Positions 8,856 through 17,590 of a DNA stretch of 32,000 nucleotides are shown piece after piece. The DNA is taken from assembly GCA_030649345.1 (NCBI GenBank), contig JAUSKK010000018.1, forward strand, positions 18,655 to 50,654, given 5' to 3'. Each line of letters opens with the position of its first letter. The stretch's first letter is position 1. The notes under the pieces were generated by a model. That model made no database searches and was not told where the DNA came from. It was given only the letters and a program-made list of their open reading frames with translations. A program made the position numbers and the translations under genes. Source of the DNA: Candidatus Iainarchaeum sp. (lineage in GTDB: Archaea; Iainarchaeota; Iainarchaeia; Iainarchaeales; 0-14-0-20-34-12).

Positions 8856-9830
8856 TTATTGTCTCTTTTTTTCAAATTCTAAATCTGCGTCCACCATTAA
8901 TTCTACTAATTCTTTGAATGAAATTTTAGGTTTCCATCCCAGCTCTTTTTTTGCTTTGCTGGAATCTGCCAACAATGTGTCAACCTCTGCAGGTCTTTTA
9001 TTGGCTGGATCAATTTTTACGTGTTTTGTGTAGTCCAGTCCAACATAGTCAAAAGCAAGCTGGCAAAATTCCTGAACACTGTGTTGTTCGCCTGTGCCGA
9101 TTACAAAATCGTCTGCTTTTTTGTGCTGCATAATTTTCCACATGGTTTCTACATATTCTTTGGCATAACCCCAATCGCGTTTGGATTCCAAGTTTCCGAG
9201 TTTGATTTCTTTTTGTTTGCCTAGTTTTATTTTAGCAACCCCATTGGAGATTTTTCGAGTTACAAATTCCAATCCGCGTCTTGGACTTTCATGGTTGAAC
9301 AAAATTCCATTGCATGCAAACATATTGTAGCTTTCGCGGTAATTGATCGTAGCCCAATAACCGTACATTTTGGCTACGCCGTACGGACTTCGAGGATAAA
9401 AAGGAGTTGTTTCTTTTTGAGGAATTTCATTTACTTTTCCAAACATTTCTGAACTAGAGGCTTGGTAAAATTTTATTTTTGGATTAATTTTTCGAATAGC
9501 TTCTAACATTCTTATCACGCCCAATCCTGTAATATTTCCAGTAATGATTGGGTTGTCAAAAGATGCTTTTACAAAAGTTTGCGCACCTAAATTATAAACT
9601 TCATCTGGATGTGCTGTTTGAATAACTTGATAAACTGAAGAATAATCCTGCAAGTCTCCATAAACAAATTCAATTTGATCTTCAAGATGGGCAATTCTCC
9701 AATGGTGTTCTTTTCCAGTTTCTCGAACCATTCCAACAACACGGTATCCTTTTTTCAATAACAATTCTGCTAAATACGATCCATCTTGTCCTGTTATTCC
9801 AGTAATTAAGGCAGTCTTATCTTTTTCCAT
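8856..9830 (-). CDS. gmd: GDP-mannose 4,6-dehydratase
   Basis: ALITGITGQDGSYLAELLLKKGY, YGVAKMYGYW and NHESPRRG are the characteristic Gmd signatures. Confidence 0.9.
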   Translation of the reverse strand: MEKDKTALITGITGQDGSYLAELLLKKGYRVVGMVRETGKEHHWRIAHLEDQIEFVYGDLQDYSSVYQVIQTAHPDEVYNLGAQTFVKASFDNPIITGNITGLGVIRMLEAIRKINPKIKFYQASSSEMFGKVNEIPQKETTPFYPRSPYGVAKMYGYWATINYRESYNMFACNGILFNHESPRRGLEFVTRKISNGVAKIKLGKQKEIKLGNLESKRDWGYAKEYVETMWKIMQHKKADDFVIGTGEQHSVQEFCQLAFDYVGLDYTKHVKIDPANKRPAEVDTLLADSSKAKKELGWKPKISFKELVELMVDADLEFEKKRQ

Positions 9831-9869
9831 AATAAGTTCGTTCTCCTAAACTTTAAAAACAGTATGTAT

Positions 9870-10820
9870 TCAATTATTTTCAGACAGTTTTTTGCCTGTT
9901 TTTTTAAGCCATTCAATTGTTTGCCGTAGTCCTTCTTTAAAAGGCGTTTTGGCTTTCCAGCCAAATACTTGAAATGCTTTTTTTACACTGTAGCACTCAA
10001 TATAACTTTCAGCAGCTTCTTTTATGAAACTAGGTTTTTGCTTGATTTTGAGTAAATTTAAAATAGTAATAACCACTTCTTTTATGGTTCTGCTTTTGCC
10101 AGTGCCTACATTTACTACAATAGCTGAGCTTGGCCATTTTTTAAGTAGAAATACTTTTTCATAAAATTCCATTAAATCATAAACATAAATGAAATCTTTT
10201 TCTGTTGATCCATCTCCTTGCACATCAATATTTCCGCGGATTGCTTTGTCGGTGATGCTGGGAATTATTCGAATGCCTGGCAAATCATTTGGGCCGAAGG
10301 CATTGGTTTGTCTTGCAATTGCAATATGTAAACCGGTTTTTTTAGAAAATGTTTCGCATAATTCTTCTGCTTCTTTTTTTGTTTGTCCATAAATAGATTC
10401 TGGTTTTGTTTCAGTTTCTTCAGACACTATTTTGGATTGTTTCCCGTATACTTGTCCACTGGACGCAAAAACCATTCTTTGAACTCCCATTGCTTTGCAG
10501 GTTTTTAGTGTGTTTTCAGTTCCATGAACATTTACCATCCAAGCTAGATTGGGGTCGTTTTCTGCAAATACTTTATGCGAAATTGCACCTAAATGAATGC
10601 AATAATCTGCTTTGAATGAATGCAATTTTTTTGTTTGATTTTCATCGGCAATATCTAAACAAAAAAATTTTAATTTTGGGTCTTGAATGGCTGTTTCAAT
10701 TTTATCCACTGCAATTATGTTTGCATTTTTTTTAAGAAAAAATTCGCAGGCTGTTTTTCCCAAAAATCCAGAGCTTCCGGTTATTAAAATTGTTTTCTTA
10801 TTCCAATTCATTTTTTTCAA
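9870..10820 (-). CDS. NAD(P)-dependent epimerase/dehydratase-family SDR, candidate 4-ketoreductase for the Gmd/C-methyltransferase product
   Basis: ILITGSSGFLGK and YGQTKKEAE (YxxxK). The start is either TTG at 10820 or ATG at 10811. The specific reaction is inferred from context only. Confidence 0.7.
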   Translation of the reverse strand: MKKMNWNKKTILITGSSGFLGKTACEFFLKKNANIIAVDKIETAIQDPKLKFFCLDIADENQTKKLHSFKADYCIHLGAISHKVFAENDPNLAWMVNVHGTENTLKTCKAMGVQRMVFASSGQVYGKQSKIVSEETETKPESIYGQTKKEAEELCETFSKKTGLHIAIARQTNAFGPNDLPGIRIIPSITDKAIRGNIDVQGDGSTEKDFIYVYDLMEFYEKVFLLKKWPSSAIVVNVGTGKSRTIKEVVITILNLLKIKQKPSFIKEAAESYIECYSVKKAFQVFGWKAKTPFKEGLRQTIEWLKKTGKKLSENN

Positions 10821-10869
10821 CCAGCTTAGACATTGATGTTAAATTACAAATTTATGTGCTTTATAGAGG

Positions 10870-12129
10870 CTATTCCATTATGCGGACTTTGGGAATGGGA
10901 ATAATATATTTTCCATTTTTTTGAGTGAATTTTGTTTTTTCGCCTATTTTTTTAATTATTTCAGCAGAGAAATTCCAGGGAAAAATAACAATATAATTTG
11001 GGCTGTATTTATCAATGGCATCAAAACTATAAATAGGTATATTTGTCCCAGCGTACAGTAGTCCTTGTTTTTCGGGTGTTTCATCTACAATAAATTGTAT
11101 TTGATTTTGGGTCATACCGCAATAGTTTAGGAGTGTATTTCCTTTTGCTGCTGCGCCAAATCCTGCAATTAATTTGCCTTCGGCTTTCAACTTTTTCAAT
11201 ACCGTGACAAAATCTTCCCTTATTTGTTTGACATTGTTTTTGAATTGCAGATACGTTTCCAAATCATACATTTTGTTTTGTGTTTCCCATTCTAGTAATT
11301 CAGTTACCGATGGATCTGTTTGAAATTCGCTTTGACTGTGGGCTGCATATAAACGGAGTGCTCCGCCGTGGATTGGAACTAGTTTTACTTTAAAAATTCG
11401 CAAGCCATATTTTTCAAAAAGTAACATTAATGGTTTCAGCAAAAAATAGGATACGTGTTCATGATAGATTGTGTCAAATGCGTTTTCCATAATTAAACTG
11501 CCCATGTAGTGAAATTCAATAACTGTAATTCCCTTGGGGGCCAGCGATTTTTTTATTGCTGCAACAAATCCTTTTACATCATGCGTGTGGGCAAACACAT
11601 TGGTGGCTGTAATAATTTCCGGTTGTTCTTTTTGCATAACTTGTTCTGCAGTTTGATTGTCCCAAAATGCGCATATTGTGGGAAGTCCAAGTTCATTGGC
11701 TTTTTTTGCTAGATTTTCAGCAGGGTCAACTCCAAGTACTTTAAATCCTTGGTCTTTGAATTCTTTTAAAAGACATCCATCATTGCTTGCAATATCTAGT
11801 GTCAATGTATTTTTTGGTTCAGGAAAGTATGTTTTGAGTTCTTGTCCTAGTTTGGCACAGTGTTCACGAAATGTTGCTGAAATTGAAGACTTGTACAAAT
11901 AATGTGAAAATAGAAATTCTGGATCCACCACTACACTTAACTGAGAAAGACTGCAATTATTGCAATAAAGAACTGTCAATGGAAATCGGGGGCAAAAATC
12001 AGTTTCATTTTTCAGAAAACGATTGGCTAAAGGTAGATTGCCTAATTCCAAATATGCTGTAAGGTTGGTGGAATCACAAATACGGCAGACTGTAAGTGGT
12101 TTATACAATTCTGTGATTGGTTGGTTCAT
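10870..12129 (-). CDS. NDP-hexose C-methyltransferase-like protein (N-terminal Zn-binding domain, SAM methyltransferase domain, C-methyltransferase C-terminal domain)
   Basis: 419 aa with CRICDS...CNNCSLSQL (4-Cys), DIASNDG, NVFAHTHD and IVDETPEKQGLLYAGTNIPI. The architecture is that of TylCIII-type sugar C-methyltransferases. Confidence 0.7.
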   Translation of the reverse strand: MNQPITELYKPLTVCRICDSTNLTAYLELGNLPLANRFLKNETDFCPRFPLTVLYCNNCSLSQLSVVVDPEFLFSHYLYKSSISATFREHCAKLGQELKTYFPEPKNTLTLDIASNDGCLLKEFKDQGFKVLGVDPAENLAKKANELGLPTICAFWDNQTAEQVMQKEQPEIITATNVFAHTHDVKGFVAAIKKSLAPKGITVIEFHYMGSLIMENAFDTIYHEHVSYFLLKPLMLLFEKYGLRIFKVKLVPIHGGALRLYAAHSQSEFQTDPSVTELLEWETQNKMYDLETYLQFKNNVKQIREDFVTVLKKLKAEGKLIAGFGAAAKGNTLLNYCGMTQNQIQFIVDETPEKQGLLYAGTNIPIYSFDAIDKYSPNYIVIFPWNFSAEIIKKIGEKTKFTQKNGKYIIPIPKVRIME

Positions 12130-12229
12130 ATAGTTTACATTTTACAATAATGTTTTAAATATTCCTGATGTTTAAATTTATGAATTATGTGCAGTGAATA
12201 TTGTGCTAATTTAGGTTGGTATAAATCAA

Positions 12230-12691
12230 ATGAGTGAAGGATTGCCGGAAGGAGTTGTTTTGAAATCTCTTGTCCGTCATAAAGATGCGCGTGGCTATTT
12301 TCAAGAACTGTACCGCGAAAGCTGGTTTAATATGTCGGCAAAACAGGTTTCTGTTTCAGTTACGCATCCTGGAATCATTAAAGCATTTCATTGGCATAAA
12401 TATCAGACCGATATTTTTTGCTTGATTTCTGGAAAAGTACTGATTGGTTTGTATGATCTGCGAAAAGAATCTCCTACTTTTGGAGTCAAAAAAGCATTGG
12501 TGGTAGATGCTGATGCAGAACCGGTTATTGTTTCTATCCCCTGCAAAGTTGTTCATGGATATAAAGTTTTAGGCCAAAAAGATGCAGTGATGCTGTATAT
12601 TATGGATAACGAATACAATCCAGACAAGCCAGATGAAGAACGCATTCCATTTGATGATTCAAAAATTGGTTTTGATTGGAGCCAAGCTTAA
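12230..12691 (+). CDS. rmlC: dTDP-4-dehydrorhamnose 3,5-epimerase-like cupin (short form)
   Basis: 153 aa with DARGYFQELYR, IIKAFHWHKYQTD, VVHGYKVLG and EERIPFDD..IGFDW. This matches the RmlC pattern. Confidence 0.75.
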   Translation: MSEGLPEGVVLKSLVRHKDARGYFQELYRESWFNMSAKQVSVSVTHPGIIKAFHWHKYQTDIFCLISGKVLIGLYDLRKESPTFGVKKALVVDADAEPVIVSIPCKVVHGYKVLGQKDAVMLYIMDNEYNPDKPDEERIPFDDSKIGFDWSQA

Positions 12692-12715
12692 TTTAGTGCA
12701 CTGAATTGTGTGACA

Positions 12716-13585
12716 CTAATTAGTCATTTGTTTTTTGAGTTTAATTAATCCTTCTTTGAATGTACAAAATTTTAAGCCATTTTTTTTCGCTAAACTATTA
12801 TTCAAACTTGTATCGTATGGGCGAACAGCGTCCAGTTGTAAATCTGTGCTTTTACTTTTATGAATTAAGTTTTTTTCACATCCAAAAACTTCAGCAATCT
12901 CTAAAGCAGCATCGTACATGGATAACTTGGAACTTCCCACGCAATGTATAATTCCAGAAAAATCTGATTCAATTAGAGTATGGACAGCCTGGGTTAAGTC
13001 ACTCATTTCTGTTGGCGATCTAATCATATCTGTAAATGCTGTAACTAGCTGTTTGTTTTTTAATTTTTCAATAGTTCCATTAATGAACTTGCCATTGCTT
13101 TCAATGCCAAATGGCATAGAGGTTCGCAGAATAATTGCATTTTTTAATTTTTGAACTTCTTGTTCTCCAGCCAGTTTTGTTTTTCCATAAACATTGATTG
13201 GATTGGGTATATCTTTTTCATTATAATTTCCTTTTTTTCCATCAAATACATTGTCTGTGGAAAAATAAACAAACTTAATTGATTTATTCTGACAGGTATT
13301 CACTAAATTTTGTGTGCCCAAAACATGGGTGTCTGTTGCCAGTTTTTTGTTTCGTTCACATAAATCTAAATCTGTAATTGCAGCTAAATGGATTACAATA
13401 TCCGGTGATGTTTTGTGAATGAATTTGTTGACTTCGGTTGCCTGAGTAATGTCTAAAAAATACAATCCGGATATTTCTCGTGGATAGCAGGTGCCTGTTA
13501 CAGTATATTTTTTTGCCAATTGCTTGTGCAAGGAGCGTCCAATAAAGCCACTAGCTCCGATTATTGCCACTCTTTTTTTTGTCAT
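12716..13585 (-). CDS. rmlD: dTDP-4-dehydrorhamnose reductase-like SDR
   Basis: 289 aa with VAIIGASGFIGRSL and YGKTKLAGE. The length and layout are typical of RmlD. Confidence 0.7.
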   Translation of the reverse strand: MTKKRVAIIGASGFIGRSLHKQLAKKYTVTGTCYPREISGLYFLDITQATEVNKFIHKTSPDIVIHLAAITDLDLCERNKKLATDTHVLGTQNLVNTCQNKSIKFVYFSTDNVFDGKKGNYNEKDIPNPINVYGKTKLAGEQEVQKLKNAIILRTSMPFGIESNGKFINGTIEKLKNKQLVTAFTDMIRSPTEMSDLTQAVHTLIESDFSGIIHCVGSSKLSMYDAALEIAEVFGCEKNLIHKSKSTDLQLDAVRPYDTSLNNSLAKKNGLKFCTFKEGLIKLKKQMTN

Positions 13586-13689
13586 ATTCCATCAACTTGT
13601 AATTAAAGATATAGTCATAAACTCTTTTATCGTTGCCTAAGTATTTAAATTCATTTCCTAGTTTGATATCTTTTAATTGCCTGTTTCAG

Positions 13690-14487
13690 ATGATGCCTAT
13701 GCTTTTCAAAAAAGTCGGAATTTTTGTTCCATCCTATAAGTCGTTTCATACGCTTGAAAATGTTATTCAACGAGTTCCAGATGAAATCAAGAAAACTGCA
13801 GCTGAAATTTTTGTAATTGACGACGCCAGCCCAGACCAAAGTTACGAAAATGCCTTGGAAGTTCAAAAAAAACTTAAACTTAAGAATTTGGTTGTTCTCA
13901 AAAACGAAAAAAACTTAGGATTTGGCGGAAACCATAAGGTTGCTTTTCAGTATGCTATCCGAAAAAATTTTGATGTTGTTGTTACCTTGCATGGTGACGG
14001 ACAGTATGCTCCGGAAAAAATTCCAGAACTCTTGGAATCCATGGAAAAAAACAATACTGAAATAGCAACTGTTTCGCGCTTTCTAGATAACCCGCAAGGA
14101 AAAGGAATGCCTAGATGGCGGTTTTTTTCAAACCGTTTTTTGAATTTTTTACAAAAAAAAATTTTAGGCTTTGGTTTAAGCGATCACAATGTGGGAATGC
14201 GTTCGTATCGTGTTTGGGCACTTGAAAAAATACCATTTGAACGGCTTTCCGATGACTATTATTTTGACACCGAATTATTAAGCCAATGCAGGCTGGCTGG
14301 TTTTCGCATTAGCGAAATTCCAATTCAAACTGTTTACGACAAATATTCTCATAGTCCAGGATACTGGAAAACATTCAAATTCTTTTTAGGAAGCCTGCAT
14401 ACTCTTTTGGATTACCGACTGGCTCTTTTAGGATTTGGCGGAAAAAAATACGGTATCAAAAATTTCAAACGCGAAAAAACACATTAA
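13690..14487 (+). CDS. Glycosyltransferase family 2, dolichyl/polyprenyl-phosphate hexose synthase-like
   Basis: VGIFVPSYKS, IFVIDDASPDQS and LHGDGQY (DxD-like). The track start at 13633 is a TTG. ATG codons at 13690-13701 fit a normal GT2 N-terminus. Confidence 0.75.
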   Translation: MMPMLFKKVGIFVPSYKSFHTLENVIQRVPDEIKKTAAEIFVIDDASPDQSYENALEVQKKLKLKNLVVLKNEKNLGFGGNHKVAFQYAIRKNFDVVVTLHGDGQYAPEKIPELLESMEKNNTEIATVSRFLDNPQGKGMPRWRFFSNRFLNFLQKKILGFGLSDHNVGMRSYRVWALEKIPFERLSDDYYFDTELLSQCRLAGFRISEIPIQTVYDKYSHSPGYWKTFKFFLGSLHTLLDYRLALLGFGGKKYGIKNFKREKTH

Positions 14488-14529
14488 CAAAAAGATACAC
14501 TGCTTAAGTATTTGTTGGATACATTTTTT

Positions 14530-15663
14530 TTAATAATAAACTAAACCAAATTGACCTGAAGAAATCAACAAAAACAATAGTGCGTCAACCATTAAAAAAC
14601 CTAGAATAATTGCATATCCTAAAAATCGCGGAGAAATAATTTTTTGCCGTGTAATGCCGTAAGCCAAAGCAATCATCCAAAAGCCAAGTGAAGGACTTAC
14701 ATATCTTGCCCAGAAATGAATTTTTTGCAATAAAAAACCTATGCCTAAAAAAATAAACATTCCAAAAGTCAGCCAGACTAATTTTGAATTTTTTGACTTA
14801 ATCAAAGAAATTAAACCAAAACAAAATACTGAAAAAATCAAGGCAAAAAATATTGTTACAAAAATAGTAATCCAAAAATCTGAAAGAAAAAATGCTTTTG
14901 AAAGCGGGATAAACAAAAACAGAAAGGTGGCAGCAAGATTCAAAAAGCCTTGTATCGAAAGCGGCGCAAAAGCATAACCTGCAGCATTGCTTTGAGCTAT
15001 CGGCAATTGAATTAACAGCAATGGAACCAAAGGCAAAGCCAATAATCCTGCAAAGAATACTGGAATTAGCCAGTTCAAAAGTTTGTGTCTGAAATAAAAC
15101 AACAATAGTATTCCGTGAACCAGAATAAACAAAGCTGCATAATAATGAAACCAAAAGCCTAATGCATAAAAAAATGCAAGTCCGATTTGCCAAATTCTAT
15201 GCTTTTTTTCTTCTAATAACTTCAGCAAAAAGAATGTGGTAATTAAAAAAATAGTCATTAACAGTGCATATGCTCGCAGATGGGTGGAATACACTATAAA
15301 TGCAGGGGAAATAGCCAGTAAAGAAGCCGCCCAAAGGCCAGTTTCAGAATTAAACATTTTTTTTGCAACCAGGAAAGCAAAAATGATGGCAAATGAAGAA
15401 AAAAGTACCAATACAAAGCGTGTCCAGAAAACAGATTCAGTAACTGAAAAAATAGTTTTAACAAAAAAATTAAAGCCCGGTGGATATGGTTCAACCAATG
15501 AACGTGCTGAATCATCAATCCAAATAAATACTTCGCGTTCGTCCGTACGATTGGGTACGTCCGTTAAGAAAAATAATCGAAGTAAGATTGAAAAAATAAT
15601 AATTGCCAATAGCCACTTTTTTTCATTCATTTTTAGCCATTGAATATTGAACAAAGAACCCAT
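14530..15663 (-). CDS. Polytopic membrane glycosyltransferase, GT-C fold (PMT_2/ArnT-like)
   Basis: 377 aa with about 10 hydrophobic spans. It has an acidic first loop (TDVPNRTDEREVFIWIDDS), as in GT-C enzymes. Similarity was judged by eye only. Confidence 0.55.
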   Translation of the reverse strand: MGSLFNIQWLKMNEKKWLLAIIIFSILLRLFFLTDVPNRTDEREVFIWIDDSARSLVEPYPPGFNFFVKTIFSVTESVFWTRFVLVLFSSFAIIFAFLVAKKMFNSETGLWAASLLAISPAFIVYSTHLRAYALLMTIFLITTFFLLKLLEEKKHRIWQIGLAFFYALGFWFHYYAALFILVHGILLLFYFRHKLLNWLIPVFFAGLLALPLVPLLLIQLPIAQSNAAGYAFAPLSIQGFLNLAATFLFLFIPLSKAFFLSDFWITIFVTIFFALIFSVFCFGLISLIKSKNSKLVWLTFGMFIFLGIGFLLQKIHFWARYVSPSLGFWMIALAYGITRQKIISPRFLGYAIILGFLMVDALLFLLISSGQFGLVYY

Positions 15664-15717
15664 AGGTATTAGACTAGATCAAAAAGTAATTAAAAGTATT
15701 GATTTGGATTTTGAAAT

Positions 15718-16641
15718 TTAACGTTTTCGAGCCCAAACCGAAATAGTGTCTCCGCGTCCTATAATTGAAAAAATATATGCCAATAGAAATGAAATTGGTA
15801 ACAATAAAGGCAGTGATAAAAAAACCAATCCCAGTTGTAGCTTGGATGAAAGCGTTTTGTTCTTTTTTTGTGCTTTTATTTTTTGAGTCAGCAAATTAAA
15901 TTCAAATCCCAAAGCATTGTAAATAGACTGCAGTACTCCATACGGATTGTATTCTATTGCAAAATGAGAAATACGAATAACTTCAAATCCATTCTTTTCC
16001 AAAAGGCTTGTAATAGTTTTTGGAGAAAAAAGAACCAAATGGCGAGGCAAATCTAAATGGAACCAGTTGCATTTCCAAAAAGCAAAACTCAAACTATCGA
16101 TGTTGGGAATGGCAATAAACAACAAGCCATTTTTTTTAATTAGTTTGTGTGCAGTGGCTATTTCTTGTTGTGGAAACTGCAAATGTTCAATTACATGCCA
16201 GAATGTAACCAAATCAAATGAATCTTGCGGAAAATCCAATTGTTTAAGTTCTCCGTATTGAATGGATATTCCTTTTTTTCTTAAAGGTTCCAAAAATGGT
16301 TTCGATGAAGTTGAAAATTCAGTTCCAGAACAAGTCCATTCAGCTTGCTGCATTGTTTCCAAAAAGTTTCCAGTTCCGCAGCCTACGTCCAATACTTTTC
16401 CAGGAGTCATGTTTGAAAAGAAACGCTTTCGTCTTTTTTGAATAAAATTAAAAAAAAAGGAAGGTTTGTGATAATAGCTGTTTTCATAGTATTTGGCTAG
16501 CTCATTTTTTTCTGGAATTGGGTCAACCAAAATTGTATTGCAGGAAGAACATTGAACCAAGTACATTGGATTTTTTCTAAATTCAAAGTCCAGGCATTTC
16601 AAAAAAGGCACTGTTTTTTGACTACAAATTCTACAGTTCAT
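15718..16641 (-). CDS. Class I SAM-dependent methyltransferase with an N-terminal 4-Cys zinc ribbon and a C-terminal membrane anchor
   Basis: CRICSQ...CSSCNT, motif I VLDVGCGTGNF and DLVTFWHVIEHL. The C-terminal hydrophobic stretch is LQLGLVFLSLPLLLPISFLLAYIFSII. Confidence 0.8.
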   Translation of the reverse strand: MNCRICSQKTVPFLKCLDFEFRKNPMYLVQCSSCNTILVDPIPEKNELAKYYENSYYHKPSFFFNFIQKRRKRFFSNMTPGKVLDVGCGTGNFLETMQQAEWTCSGTEFSTSSKPFLEPLRKKGISIQYGELKQLDFPQDSFDLVTFWHVIEHLQFPQQEIATAHKLIKKNGLLFIAIPNIDSLSFAFWKCNWFHLDLPRHLVLFSPKTITSLLEKNGFEVIRISHFAIEYNPYGVLQSIYNALGFEFNLLTQKIKAQKKNKTLSSKLQLGLVFLSLPLLLPISFLLAYIFSIIGRGDTISVWARKR

Positions 16642-16832
16642 GGATGCCTCAAATAGTTCTATACTTTATTGGATGTTGAAAATATAAAAACCTTTATGTT
16701 ATTGACCTGTACTTTTGGTTAACTGTGAATTTGATGTCTGCAAGTAAACTCCAACAAAATTACTGACTGTCATGGACGCTTGTTTAAAAAGTCAGATTAA
16801 TATTGAAAAATTTAACTGACAAAAGGCTTTTT

Positions 16833-17411
16833 ATGTACTTACACTTTGAGTTATTTATGGAATCGGATCAAATCGGATCAAATCGGATCAAATCGGATAG
16901 ACCTATTGGTGAGCATAGAAACGTTAAAATCAATCAGATTTTAAGAAATTTTTATTATGAACTTATAACAAAACCAATAAACTGGAGTGAAATTAAAACA
17001 GTTTTAGATGTAGGGGCTGGAGATGGGCGTTTTTCAGTATGGGCAAAACAAAAAGGGTTAGACGTGTTAAGCATTGATTTACAACCACAGTATGACTGGA
17101 TAATGAAAGGCAATTTTACACAAATAGATTTTAAAGAAAACTTTGACTTAGTTTATTGTTCTCATACTTTAGAGCATATTGTAAATCATTTTGAATTTGC
17201 TGAAAAATTGGAAAGTCTAACTAAAAAATACTTAATTGTTATTTGCCCTTTGCCCAATAAGGTTTTCTGGGATGAACCAACGCATTACCGACCATATAAC
17301 GCCGAAACGTTGCGAAGAACATTTTTTCGTTTAAAACCAATTAAGTTAATGGAAATAAACATACCTAAAATAATTACTACTTCTATTGGGGTTTTTAAAA
17401 AATCCCAATAG
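16833..17411 (+). CDS. Class I SAM-dependent methyltransferase
   Basis: Motif I VLDVGAGDGRFS and DLVYCSHTLEHI. The start is uncertain: TTG 16803, ATG 16833 or ATG 16857. The 10-bp tandem repeat lies in the 5' coding region for every choice. Confidence 0.7.
   Translation: MYLHFELFMESDQIGSNRIKSDRPIGEHRNVKINQILRNFYYELITKPINWSEIKTVLDVGAGDGRFSVWAKQKGLDVLSIDLQPQYDWIMKGNFTQIDFKENFDLVYCSHTLEHIVNHFEFAEKLESLTKKYLIVICPLPNKVFWDEPTHYRPYNAETLRRTFFRLKPIKLMEINIPKIITTSIGVFKKSQ
16861..16898 (+). repeat. Tandem repeat, 10-nt unit aatcggatca x 3.8
   Basis: Read directly from the sequence: aatcggatca aatcggatca aatcggatca aatcggat. The three full units each contain GATC, at 10-bp phasing; the partial fourth unit reads GATA instead. 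Confidence 0.95.
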
Positions 17412-17590
17412 CTACTCTAAAATTCCAACAAATAATTGTGGTAAATTCAACTTTTTAAATAAAAGTCCGTGTTAAGAACTTTTTAAAAAAGTCCTGTTAT
17501 GTGCCTCGTTTTTAAGTATGCTTGATTTCGAGTGTGTAAAAGTATTTGTGATTGTTGAATGAAATTTATGAATTTGTAAGACATCCTGCT

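Noticed and set aside
14798-15193. 131-aa same-strand alternative-frame ORF inside the GT-C gene
   Set aside because: It is an out-of-frame overlap with a long hydrophobic CDS. Nothing supports a second product.
13560-16460. Homopolymeric A/T tracts of 8-9 nt inside coding regions (for example near 13562-13572, 14153-14161 and 16450-16458) as phase-variation sites
   Set aside because: Such runs are expected by chance in a genome this AT-rich and occur throughout the window. Nothing singles them out.
16642-16832. Short ORFs (8-15 codons) and scattered ctgac/gtcag words in the 190-bp intergenic region upstream of the repeat-bearing methyltransferase
   Set aside because: The ORFs are too short and lack start context. 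The word repeats are 5-6 nt and unremarkable at this composition.
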